Virus record (IMG/VR): IMGVR_UViG_3300041405_000225 | Coordinates: 1 to 64,000 of that record | From: a virus | Length of the DNA: 64,000 bases | Reading direction: 5' to 3' (one strand) | Part shown: piece after piece, positions 46,950-55,777 of the stretch | Position numbering within the stretch: position 1 is the stretch's first letter | Layout: each line of letters opens with the position of its first letter | The notes under the pieces: model-generated | Told to the model about the DNA's origin: nothing | What the model saw: only the letters and a program-made list of their open reading frames with translations | Databases searched by the model: none | Program-made: the position numbers and the translations under genes

Positions 46950-47177
46950 GATTCCATTGGTAAATCCATGGGTAATTTACGCGCAAGCCCATAAAAACGC
47001 TATTAAACTTTGACAAACCTGTTTACTCTTCTCGATCTGGAAAAGCGAGCCTCAAACAGACCTGTCCGGGGATCATTACGGACCGTACGAACAGAAGTAG
47101 ACTTGAAACACAAGCCCACGCTTCCTGTTCCAGCTCGTGCGTGTTCAAGGCCATGCCGCCATCAGTAAGGAAACAGC

Positions 47178-48293
47178 ATGTTTTTCAAGAATCTCCTGCT
47201 CTACCGCCTCACCCAATCGATCGACCTGTCAGCCGACACCCTGGAAGCCGCACTGGCCACCAAACAAGCGCGGGCCTGCGCTAACCAGGAACTGACCACT
47301 TATGGATTTACCGCACCGTTCGGCAAAGGCGAAGACGCTCCACTGGTACATGTCAGCGGCGACTTCCTGCTGATCAGCGCTCGCAAGGAAGAACGAATTT
47401 TGCCGGGCAGCGTTGCACGTGATGCCGTCAAGGAGAAGGTCGAAGAGATCGAGGCCGAGCAAATGCGCAAGGTCTACAAAAAAGAACGCGACCAGATCGA
47501 AGACGACATCATTCAGGCCTTCCTGCCGAGGGCATTTATCCGCCGATCGGCGACCTTCGCCGCCATCGCGCCGAAGCTGGGTCTGATCTTCGTCAACTCG
47601 GCTAGCCCGAAGCGCGCCGAGGATCTGTTGTCGACCTTGCGCGAAGTTATCGGCTCACTGCCGGTACGCCCACTGACGGTGAAGATGTCACCAACCGCCA
47701 GCATGACCGACTGGCTGACGACACAGAAAGCCGCTGATGACTTCTTTGTTCTCGATGAGTGCGAGCTGCGCGACACCCATGAAGACGGCGGTGTTGTCCG
47801 CTGCAAACGTCAAGACATGACCGGCGATGAAATTCAGACTCACCTGAGCACCGGGAAAGTTGTCACTCAGCTGTCCATGGCCTGGCAGGACAAGCTGTCG
47901 TTCGTGCTCGACGACAAGCTGGTGATCAAACGCCTGAAGTTTGAAGACTTGCTGGTGGATCAGGCGGAACAGGACGGCGGCGACGATGCCCTTGGCCAAC
48001 TGGATGCCAGCTTTACCCTGATGATGCTGACCTTCGCCAACTTCATTCCGGCGCTGCTGGACGCGCTGGGCGGTGAAGAGACCCCCGACGGTCTGGCCAG
48101 CACCAACGTCCCCGAAGATGAATTGCTGCCCGAGGCGATCGCCTTTGTGCGTGTTTCGCGCCGCGCAACTGTCGCCGCCCTTCAGCGCCATTTCCACATC
48201 AACTACAACCGTGGCGCTCGCCTCATAGAGCGAATGCAGGCCAATGGCGTTGTCAGCCCGGCCAACGACAAAGGCGCCCGAACCGTTTTGTAA
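47178..48293 (+). CDS. rdgC: Recombination-associated protein RdgC with C-terminal FtsK-gamma domain
   Basis: [11 protein letters not shown]...[11 protein letters not shown]; C-terminal [27 protein letters not shown]. Confidence 0.9.
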   Translation: MFFKNLLLYRLTQSIDLSADTLEAALATKQARACANQELTTYGFTAPFGKGEDAPLVHVSGDFLLISARKEERILPGSVARDAVKEKVEEIEAEQMRKVYKKERDQIEDDIIQAFLPRAFIRRSATFAAIAPKLGLIFVNSASPKRAEDLLSTLREVIGSLPVRPLTVKMSPTASMTDWLTTQKAADDFFVLDECELRDTHEDGGVVRCKRQDMTGDEIQTHLSTGKVVTQLSMAWQDKLSFVLDDKLVIKRLKFEDLLVDQAEQDGGDDALGQLDASFTLMMLTFANFIPALLDALGGEETPDGLASTNVPEDELLPEAIAFVRVSRRATVAALQRHFHINYNRGARLIERMQANGVVSPANDKGARTVL

Positions 48294-48346
48294 CAGCACT
48301 GCCCGGCGGGCCTCTGGTCCGCCATAACGCCAAGGATTAGCGAAAA

Positions 48347-48610
48347 ATGATCGTGATTGTTGATGGCCGCCGCGACACCAGCAGCGGAGAGAAACCCAAT
48401 AAGCCTGTGAAGTGGACCGGTAATTTCGTGGTCGCAGATTCGTCAGGCAACGCCATTGAGGCCGCATGGGAACCAAACGGCGTGCCTCGCATGAACTACC
48501 AAGGGGCTCGTAACCGAGCGTCACAGCTGGTCGCCAGCCTGACCGCCCGCCTCTTCGAACAACACAAGCAGCCTATCCGCAAGGTGGCTTACACACTGAC
48601 ATCGCGATGA
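48347..48610 (+). CDS. Hypothetical protein
   Basis: AAGGA RBS, coupled to next gene. Confidence 0.6.
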   Translation: MIVIVDGRRDTSSGEKPNKPVKWTGNFVVADSSGNAIEAAWEPNGVPRMNYQGARNRASQLVASLTARLFEQHKQPIRKVAYTLTSR

Positions 48611-49086
48611 GTTTTTACGAGATCGATGGTACCGACTTGCGGCTGCCCCAGTTCATGGTGTCGCCGCAGGTGGGCAACCGCATACAGAGCGGAAAGGCAC
48701 GGCTGATGATCATCCCGTTTCGACCTCAGCCGTCTGTTTGCGCGTCCACTCTCGAGAGCCTTGGCCTTCAATCAGTGACCGATCGCGACTTGCTGGGCGC
48801 TGCTCGTTTGGCCTTCAACCTGGGGCTAATTCCGCCGCCAATCCGGATGGGATATGCCTTTGAACTAAAGCACGAATTCGTACCTGAAAAGACTCACAAA
48901 GTAGGTACGGGGATAGTCGAAAAAATGGGCATAACAAGGCTGCTGGATATAACCGCAAAGCACTGGCGCTTGTGTGGCTACTCCAACCGCGAAGACTTCA
49001 ACACCTATTGGCACCAGGCAGCTGCTGACATGAGTGAGCACCCTAACCCTTGGTGCTGGCTGATCGAATTCAATTTCAAGGGGTAA
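48607..49086 (+). CDS. ASCH/PUA-like domain protein
   Basis: IQSGK...RLLDIT...GY...EDF..YW...NPWCWLIEF. Confidence 0.6.
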   Translation: MSFYEIDGTDLRLPQFMVSPQVGNRIQSGKARLMIIPFRPQPSVCASTLESLGLQSVTDRDLLGAARLAFNLGLIPPPIRMGYAFELKHEFVPEKTHKVGTGIVEKMGITRLLDITAKHWRLCGYSNREDFNTYWHQAAADMSEHPNPWCWLIEFNFKG

Positions 49087-49089
49087 GCC

Positions 49090-49383
49090 ATGGAAACGCC
49101 AGTAATCGCAGCTCTACTGATCCACGTCATCTGGCTCGCCCGCTCCTACAAGCACGTTAAGCCGATGATTGAGAAGTGGGTACGTACCACCAGCGCGATC
49201 AGTTCACTGATCCTCACCACTGCTTTGTTCTGCTTGATCTACATTCAAGTGAGTGAGTTGGCACGGAGAAATATTTATTTCGGGGCTGATTCAGTGAGCC
49301 GACAGGTTGTAAGCGTCATATCTTCCCCTGACAATTCAGTTTGTTACGTGGAAATGCGATCACTTGACGATAACGGTAAATGA
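49090..49383 (+). CDS. Small membrane protein
   Basis: Two hydrophobic segments. Confidence 0.5.
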   Translation: METPVIAALLIHVIWLARSYKHVKPMIEKWVRTTSAISSLILTTALFCLIYIQVSELARRNIYFGADSVSRQVVSVISSPDNSVCYVEMRSLDDNGK

Positions 49384-49691
49384 CAACTACCGTTTGTCGT
49401 CTATTTTAAGCTCTATTGGAACTTACTCTAACGCTTGCTACCTTAAGCGAGTGTGGGGCGCAGTGTGGGACTGAGTTTTTCTGGCGTCAGGAAAACCCTT
49501 ATTTCACAAGGCTTACAGGCCATACATACCGGGGATACACCATCCCCGTAGCTTTCGGTAAAATCTGCGCCACTTATCCTAATGAAGTACGGATCGGGAA
49601 AATTTCCCTTACCCCTGTCACTCGGTCCGAGAATGGAAGCTGCAAGCAATGCGAACCCAAGCCGTTACACCCTGCAAAAAGGTCGAATACT

Positions 49692-50900
49692 ATGCCGCTC
49701 GCTCAAAAGGTTATCGCGACGATAACAGTCCCCGGCGTCTATGCCGATAAGAACGGACTAAGCCTCAAGGTTAGGCCCACTGGCACAAAATCGTGGGTAC
49801 TACGCTATCAACTCAATGGCGAACGCCATGACATCGGCTTAGGGTCATTTCCCGATATCAGCCTGGCCGACGCGCGCAAGAAAGCAATGGAATTTCGCGT
49901 TCAGATCAACAAAGGGATAGATCCACTGGAGCAACGCAAGGAAGCGACAATTGCCGCGGTTACCGTTGAAGATGAAGCGCTGACCTTTATTGAGCGACAT
50001 CGTGCAGGGTGGTCGGACAAGCACGCCACACAGTGGCTGAATTCGCTGACTGAGTATGTGTTCCCCGTCATCGGCAGCATGCCGATCGCCACCGTGGACA
50101 CACCCGACGTCATCAAGGTGCTCGATCCGATTTGGCTGCAAAAACCTGAAACAGCGCGCCGGGTCCGTAACCGCATGGAGCGGATATTCGATCACGCCAA
50201 GGCTCACGGGCACCGCAAGAACAGCGAAAACCCGGCGCGCTGGAAAGGCCATTTGCAAAACCTCATGCCCAACAACCAAAACTCGGTTGAGCAGCTGGAA
50301 AGCATGGATTTCACGCGCCTGCCTTTCTTTATGCGTGTGTTGGAAGGGGAGGACTCCCGGGCCGCCCGCTGCTTGCAGTTCCTGATCCTGACCGCATGCC
50401 GTACCAGTGAAGCCTTGGGCGCCACCTGGAGCGAAATCGACATGATCAATCGTGTCTGGACCATTCCAGCCGAGCGCATGAAGAACGGCGAAGAGCACCA
50501 GATACCGCTGAGTGAAGAGGCTATGCAGGTTCTACGCGACACTGGAACCCGCGGCAGAAGCGAGATCGTTTTCCCAGGCACGCGATCGACGACCATGTTG
50601 CCGGATAACTCGCTGCGCCGACTTTTGCGTAAATTGAAAGAGGACTGCACACCACACGGTTTCCGGGCAACCTTCCGCACTTGGGCGTCTGAGAAAACGG
50701 CTTTTTCGCACGAGCTGTGTGAAATATCGCTGGCCCACGTTGTCGGCAATGCTACATCGCGCGCCTACGTCCGTGGTAACCAGTTGGAGAAGCGCCGACC
50801 GCTGATGTCCCGCTGGTCGAAGTACGCTATGGACCGTGTAACACCGCATCACCCGATCATGGGAAAACAACCTACGCCCGAGCAAACAACATTTATATAA
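49692..50900 (+). CDS. int: Tyrosine integrase, P4/IntA type
   Basis: Arm-binding N-domain (GLSLKVRPTGTKSWVLRY..IGLGSFPDISLADAR); catalytic R, K, HGFR, LAH, Y intact. Confidence 0.93.
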   Translation: MPLAQKVIATITVPGVYADKNGLSLKVRPTGTKSWVLRYQLNGERHDIGLGSFPDISLADARKKAMEFRVQINKGIDPLEQRKEATIAAVTVEDEALTFIERHRAGWSDKHATQWLNSLTEYVFPVIGSMPIATVDTPDVIKVLDPIWLQKPETARRVRNRMERIFDHAKAHGHRKNSENPARWKGHLQNLMPNNQNSVEQLESMDFTRLPFFMRVLEGEDSRAARCLQFLILTACRTSEALGATWSEIDMINRVWTIPAERMKNGEEHQIPLSEEAMQVLRDTGTRGRSEIVFPGTRSTTMLPDNSLRRLLRKLKEDCTPHGFRATFRTWASEKTAFSHELCEISLAHVVGNATSRAYVRGNQLEKRRPLMSRWSKYAMDRVTPHHPIMGKQPTPEQTTFI

Positions 50901-50930
50901 ATTGACACGACATTTCACATAAATTGACAC
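50889..50930. repeat. Tandem direct repeat ACATTT..ATAAATTGACAC at integrase 3' end (possible arm-type sites)
   Basis: ATAAATTGACAC at 50897-50908 and 50919-50930. Confidence 0.55.
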
Positions 50931-50941
50931 CGCACCAATCA

Positions 50942-50967
50942 GCCCGGCGGTCAAAAACCCGCCGGGC
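50942..50967. terminator. GC-rich hairpin between convergent int and lysis genes
   Basis: GCCCGGCGG-N8-CCGCCGGGC. Confidence 0.55.
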
Positions 50968-51073
50968 CATCCCCTACCGCTCTCACCTCCGTTCCCCCAC
51001 GCAAAACGCCTTTTAGTGGCCTATCGCCATCAAAACCGCTATCCCCGGACCTGATTTGGCCGAAAAAGTCCGT

Positions 51074-51400
51074 TCATTGGCTTTTAGGGGTTGCCCCGTT
51101 CAAACCGCCGATCGCCGCCCCGCTTCCTTGCCCGACACGCACAGCGGCTTCCTGCTTTCCAATACAATCCAGCACCTGTGTGGCGCACTTTGTCAGTGCG
51201 TCTTCCGTCTCATCAATTGCACTGTACGGCGCATCATTGAGCAGTAACGGCGGGCGCCCTGGCAGTCGACACGGCACCAGGCTGCACACCGGCAGCTGCG
51301 GCGCGATAAGCAGCGGGGTCGGTGGTTTCTGGACGGGCGTAGCGCAGCCCAAGAGCAACAGGAACAGGCTGGCGGAAGTAATCAGCAATCGCTTTGTCAT
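51074..51400 (-). CDS. o-spanin (Rz1/LysC-like lipoprotein)
   Basis: Lipobox LLLGC, Pro-rich, overlaps i-spanin 3' end. Confidence 0.8.
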   Translation of the reverse strand: MTKRLLITSASLFLLLLGCATPVQKPPTPLLIAPQLPVCSLVPCRLPGRPPLLLNDAPYSAIDETEDALTKCATQVLDCIGKQEAAVRVGQGSGAAIGGLNGATPKSQ

Positions 51401-51695
51401 TGCGCTTTAACTCTTCAAGGTTGCGGGATATCAGGGCGGACTGCGTGTCGAGTGTGGTATTCAGCCGCTGCGTGGTGCGGCTGACTTCCGAGATCTGCTG
51501 CTGCAACTCAGCGCGATCGGCCAAGACCCGCGCCAGCTCTTTGTTGTGTGCGTCCAGGGTGCCATTCGCTTCCGTGAGGGTAGCGACGTCCCGCAATGCC
51601 GCCTCTTTGGCCATTTGTGAGTGGTCCAACGACCACAGCGACAGCAACGCCACCAAAACCCCAGCGCCGCCTACCGTCCAACCGATTGAAATCAT
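51234..51695 (-). CDS. i-spanin (Rz/LysB-like)
   Basis: N-terminal TM plus coiled coil, QPVP motif. Confidence 0.8.
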   Translation of the reverse strand: MISIGWTVGGAGVLVALLSLWSLDHSQMAKEAALRDVATLTEANGTLDAHNKELARVLADRAELQQQISEVSRTTQRLNTTLDTQSALISRNLEELKRNDKAIADYFRQPVPVALGLRYARPETTDPAAYRAAAAGVQPGAVSTARAPAVTAQ

Positions 51696-51722
51696 GATTA
51701 CCCCCGGCGCCTGCGCGCTCCG

Positions 51723-52043
51723 TTACGGCTTTGCAGCCTCATCAGGTGATTGCAGCTCTTTACGGGGCCGCTCCACCGCCTTGCCGGCGACGTAACCGGT
51801 AGTGACGGACGCCAGCACCATCCCCGAAATGACTTCCAGCGAACTGGCGATGATCCGCACCAGCTCGATGGCTTGAGCGCTGCCGTGTGCCATCCAGGCC
51901 ACGCCGCCCATCACGCCACCGAACAACCCGATCACGGCGGACAGCACAGTGACGCACAGGGCGAAGCCGAAGCGCTTCACCGACGGCCTGCCGGTGGTGC
52001 CCTCTTCAACAAATCGCCCCATCCAGCGCAAGAATGCGTTCAT
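51723..52043 (-). CDS. Holin-like membrane protein
   Basis: TGRPSVKRF then two TM segments, charged C-terminus. Confidence 0.7.
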   Translation of the reverse strand: MNAFLRWMGRFVEEGTTGRPSVKRFGFALCVTVLSAVIGLFGGVMGGVAWMAHGSAQAIELVRIIASSLEVISGMVLASVTTGYVAGKAVERPRKELQSPDEAAKP

Positions 52044-52735
52044 GCGGACATGGCCCTCTGTGCGCGCTCCAGGTACACAAGGCGTTGGGACGCCCCGACC
52101 TGGCCGCCGTTGATCTTCTCGGTGATCATTTTGAAATTTCCAGCATCGGCCAGCTCGTTGAGCCCGCGCGAAAACCAGTACCAGCCCGCCGACAGCGCAG
52201 CGCCTTCGGGCAACCGCAAGTAGTCCGGTACCAGCGACAGCTCAAGGCCGACCGCCTTGCCAAACTCCAGGTGGTTCTCTTTGAAGGTCAGCTGCTTGAG
52301 TCCGGCGCCGCGGTACCGCCAGCCGTCACCACTCGCTTCAGGACCATTGCCGAACCGGTTGGCATAGGCGCTGTTGGCGATCGCTTCCGGCTTGCGCTCT
52401 ATCTGCAAGGCCACAGCATTCGGCTTGTTGCGCGGCTTGCCCTCTACCATCACCTTGACGTAACCGCCCTTTCCATCCGGCACGGCGTAACGACTTGGCC
52501 AAGTGCTGGCCAGCCCGTAGGCGCTGTAGTTCAGGCCTTCAGTCACACGGATGAAGTCACCCGATTCATGGGCAATCTGCGCCAGGAACATGGTGATACG
52601 CGGGTAAGTGGTGATCTTGAAACGCCGCATGGCGGCATTGAGGGGGGCCAGGTACTTGGCGCATGCCACGCGTCCGTCTTGCGTGATGCACAGCGCTTGC
52701 AGCTGGCCCAGCGTTACCAGTTCGTTACCGGCCAT
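52040..52735 (-). CDS. Endolysin, GH19 family
   Basis: FLAQIAHESG..EGLNYS...GDGWRYRGAGLKQLT...ITEKINGG. Confidence 0.92.
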   Translation of the reverse strand: MAGNELVTLGQLQALCITQDGRVACAKYLAPLNAAMRRFKITTYPRITMFLAQIAHESGDFIRVTEGLNYSAYGLASTWPSRYAVPDGKGGYVKVMVEGKPRNKPNAVALQIERKPEAIANSAYANRFGNGPEASGDGWRYRGAGLKQLTFKENHLEFGKAVGLELSLVPDYLRLPEGAALSAGWYWFSRGLNELADAGNFKMITEKINGGQVGASQRLVYLERAQRAMSA

Positions 52736-53039
52736 GAGGACTCTCCCGCTCCAGTTGTTCAACTTTGAAGCCGAGGCGAGCCACCAGCTGCTCCAGCGTC
52801 TCGTTTTTGCTTTCCAGCTTGCCCACGCGCTGCGTCAAAGCAGCCACGTCACGGTCGGCCAAGGCCTGCTTTGCAGCAATCTCCGCGATCGACAGCGCCA
52901 CCTTGTCCAGCTTGTTGCTGAACGCAGTCACCGAAGAGCCGATGTTGCTGCCCAGCCAGCAGATGAAGGTGATGAACAGCACCTGCGAGGCGTTCATTAC
53001 CCACTTCACCACCGGGTTTTCCCAAACCTGCGAGGCCAT
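52725..53039 (-). CDS. Single-TM coiled-coil lysis protein (holin/antiholin)
   Basis: First gene of lysis cassette. Confidence 0.6.
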   Translation of the reverse strand: MASQVWENPVVKWVMNASQVLFITFICWLGSNIGSSVTAFSNKLDKVALSIAEIAAKQALADRDVAALTQRVGKLESKNETLEQLVARLGFKVEQLERESPHGR

Positions 53040-53074
53040 ATCCCGATCCCATTACCCATAAGCACATGGCCATC

Positions 53075-53116
53075 ATTTTCGGGTAGCCATGCGCACGTTC
53101 CGGGTGGGGGTTTGCG
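53075..53116 (-). promoter_or_regulatory. Late promoter (CGCAAAC-N29-GAAAAT) of lysis cassette
   Basis: Motif family member. Confidence 0.65.
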
Positions 53117-53119
53117 CGG

Positions 53120-53371
53120 TCAGCGCCGCGGGCGACGGCTCAAGACACCGCCGAGCATGTTCAGGCCCTTGATCACGTTGTTGATGCCGCCAAGGATGGC
53201 GGACAGGCCTTTGTTCTGGTTTTCCTGGCTCTTTTTCCAATTCTGATAGGCCGAACATTCAAACAGCGCGTTGACTTCGCTAAGCGGCAGCCGGCTGGCC
53301 GTGGCCAGATCCTGGCGAAAGTACAGAGCCAAGTCCGCCTTCGTATTGATCATCTGCTTCCAGAAGCTCAC
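53120..53371 (-). CDS. Small tail assembly/baseplate protein
   Basis: GTG with GAGGGG RBS; overlaps upstream gene by 92 nt. Confidence 0.55.
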   Translation of the reverse strand: MSFWKQMINTKADLALYFRQDLATASRLPLSEVNALFECSAYQNWKKSQENQNKGLSAILGGINNVIKGLNMLGGVLSRRPRR

Positions 53372-54122
53372 ACGCCCCTCGGCTGATTCCGGTACGAGGG
53401 TGAAATCGGGCCGGACCCAACTCAGGCACCCCCGTCGATTCGTCAGGTTCGGTTACTTGGGCCGCCAGCACGCCCTGCGCGTTGAATACCGCGTGCACAA
53501 AGTGCTGAAGTTTGAGCGAGGCCTGTGAGTAGGCGTCGAACAGCTGCACAAACTCGGTTTCCGGGCACTTCTTGAGCGCATTGATCTTCAACAGCAGCGC
53601 TTTGCTGTAGGACGCGGGATCGACGTACTCAATCGGCGTCTCATTGACCCCACGGATACACGCCGACATCACGCCCAACTGCCAGCCGAAATAGGTCTTA
53701 GGCAATACGCCTGTCTCAACCATTGTTTCGATCGCTTCGGCTTGGTAGCCGTGCAGCGGCGTGCAGTGGTGAATATCCCCGCCGTGGTCAAACTCGACGA
53801 ACTCCAGGTAGTCGGTATCCGCCAGCAGGTAGTCATGCAACCTGCCCTCGCCCAGCGCGAAGTCAGGGCCATCGTCCAGCATCGCCGCCAGGTAGAAAAT
53901 CACGACGTTCATGCGCTCGTTGACGGACCACAGCAACGGATCAACCACTTGCAGCTTCCCCGCCGGGCGCGGGATGTGCTCACAGGCGGCCTTGAGGAAC
54001 GCGGTGATAGTTCGCTGCGAAAAGCGGTAAGGGATGGCGCACAGTTCCTGCACCTGGCCAATCTCCAGTTCGCGCGGTTGAACTGAAATGCGCAACGTGT
54101 GCACGGGTTGAATTGACTTCAT
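53280..54122 (-). CDS. Tail/baseplate assembly protein
   Basis: DPLLWSVNER; late tail operon. Confidence 0.6.
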   Translation of the reverse strand: MKSIQPVHTLRISVQPRELEIGQVQELCAIPYRFSQRTITAFLKAACEHIPRPAGKLQVVDPLLWSVNERMNVVIFYLAAMLDDGPDFALGEGRLHDYLLADTDYLEFVEFDHGGDIHHCTPLHGYQAEAIETMVETGVLPKTYFGWQLGVMSACIRGVNETPIEYVDPASYSKALLLKINALKKCPETEFVQLFDAYSQASLKLQHFVHAVFNAQGVLAAQVTEPDESTGVPELGPARFHPRTGISRGACELLEADDQYEGGLGSVLSPGSGHGQPAAA

Positions 54123-54823
54123 AGAGTCCCTAACGAATCGTATTGTGTGAAAGTCAGGTTCAGCGCCGAAAACTCTTCGACAGCCCGGTTTTGCGCCACT
54201 TGGCAGCTCACTGGGACCAGAACCCACGATTTCGAATAGCCCCGGCCCTCTTCAATGGCGCCATGGGTGATGGTGAAGGTGTTGGCGTAGTCACCCGGCA
54301 GGCCGAACGTGCCATCAGGGTGAGCGTGCAGGAGCTTGAGGTTTTCAAACCATGACTTGATCTCCCCGTCCACGTCGTAGCACGTCATGGTCAGCTCTAC
54401 CGGGTCGGCTCCCGTCGGTACCTGTGTGAACCCGGAGCCGATTTTTTTCGTCTCGTACCCCAACTGCACGCCGTTGTAGCTGAACTCCGTGGCCAGCAGG
54501 TTTATGCGCGGGGCCCCGACCTTGCCGATCGGTTCCACCAGCACATGCCAGAGGTTTGAGCGCTCGCGCAGGACGTCCATCGACTCCTGAAACATGGCGT
54601 ACAACGTCGCCCAACTGGTACCGGCCAACGCAACGTTGCCGCCGCCGTACTCACTGGATGCCCCAAAGAAGTTATCCATCAGGCCATTGGCGGCGCCGGA
54701 CAGGTTGCCGTTGAGCAAGTTGCCGGCGATCTTGGTGTACTTGATCACCGGCGCCGACGCACTGAGAGCGCCAGCGACCTTCCCCGCCGCCTGATAGCCC
54801 AGGCGTTCGAAAATGCTGCCCAT
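54119..54823 (-). CDS. Tail tube initiator-like protein
   Basis: Tube-like fold pattern (ELTMTCYD..GEIKSWF..DGTFGLPGDY). Confidence 0.55.
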   Translation of the reverse strand: MGSIFERLGYQAAGKVAGALSASAPVIKYTKIAGNLLNGNLSGAANGLMDNFFGASSEYGGGNVALAGTSWATLYAMFQESMDVLRERSNLWHVLVEPIGKVGAPRINLLATEFSYNGVQLGYETKKIGSGFTQVPTGADPVELTMTCYDVDGEIKSWFENLKLLHAHPDGTFGLPGDYANTFTITHGAIEEGRGYSKSWVLVPVSCQVAQNRAVEEFSALNLTFTQYDSLGTL

Positions 54824-55212
54824 CAGATGGTCACCCACTCTTCACAGAACGCCATCTGAGGCAGCCGCAATTCGTAGTCCTGGATGCTCATTTGCACCTC
54901 GGCCACCGCCCGGCCAAACAGCTCCGCACCTTGCGTGCGTGAGGCCTCCAGCGCCATGCTGTTTTCCTTCTCCATGTACAGATCCCACAGCGGCCTGATG
55001 AGCGTTAGTTCGCTCTCGCTCAGGTCTACGTCTTGGGCCGCATTGGTGGCAATCAGCGCGTCGGCGCCCACAGGTTCACCGCTGGCCAGGTCCGCGCAGC
55101 CGTAATAAAACCGCGTGGCGCTGAGCAGATGACGCTCAATCTGCTGCTCAGTCAGAATGCAACCGATCGGTAGCACCGCCACGTATTGGGCAACCAACGC
55201 GCTGATCTTCAT
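54823..55212 (-). CDS. Virion morphogenesis protein (head-tail adaptor-like)
   Basis: 129 aa in late operon. Confidence 0.5.
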   Translation of the reverse strand: MKISALVAQYVAVLPIGCILTEQQIERHLLSATRFYYGCADLASGEPVGADALIATNAAQDVDLSESELTLIRPLWDLYMEKENSMALEASRTQGAELFGRAVAEVQMSIQDYELRLPQMAFCEEWVTI

Positions 55213-55221
55213 GGCCGCCCC

Positions 55222-55692
55222 TTACTTGTTGGCGAACCAATGGAAGTGCAGCGTGCCGGCGTACAGCAGCGGCGTATCGTTTTCCCAGTCGATATCTGGC
55301 GTATCCATGACCATGGACGCCTTCAGGATCTCTTCCTTGCGGGTGTAGTCGTCCGGACGCCCACGGTAAGCCGTTGCATCAAACTGCGCGCCGCTCTCGA
55401 TGAGCGCGATCAGGGCGTCACTTACGGTGCCCGCAACCACTTCATACATCGCCACCGGACCTTCAAACTTGGTCTTGGCGTTCTGAGGTTGCACCATCAA
55501 CTGCCCGTTCGGCCCATAGAACTCCATCATGTCTTTGGGGGTCGCAACCGGCCAAGGGAACTGCTTGATCAACAGCTGAATGTTCTCGTGCCCGTGGATG
55601 ACCAGCACCGCGTCAGCGGTCGAAGCTTTGCGCCCCAGGTCGTGGATGTTTTGAAACGTGCTCGAAAGAACAACATGAGAATTGACCGTCAT
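55222..55692 (-). CDS. Tail tube protein
   Basis: LLIKQFPWP...GTLHFHWF; own late promoter. Confidence 0.7.
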   Translation of the reverse strand: MTVNSHVVLSSTFQNIHDLGRKASTADAVLVIHGHENIQLLIKQFPWPVATPKDMMEFYGPNGQLMVQPQNAKTKFEGPVAMYEVVAGTVSDALIALIESGAQFDATAYRGRPDDYTRKEEILKASMVMDTPDIDWENDTPLLYAGTLHFHWFANK

Positions 55693-55724
55693 CGGGGCGC
55701 CCCTGATTGTGTGTATTCAGGCCA

Positions 55725-55766
55725 ATGATCAGGCATAAAAAAACCCGCCAATTGGCGGGGTTTGCA
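55725..55766 (-). promoter_or_regulatory. Late promoter (TGCAAAC-N29-GATCAT) with terminator hairpin in its spacer
   Basis: Motif family member; CCCGCC-AATT-GGCGGG plus T7. Confidence 0.7.
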
Positions 55767-55777
55767 TGCTTTCCCGG

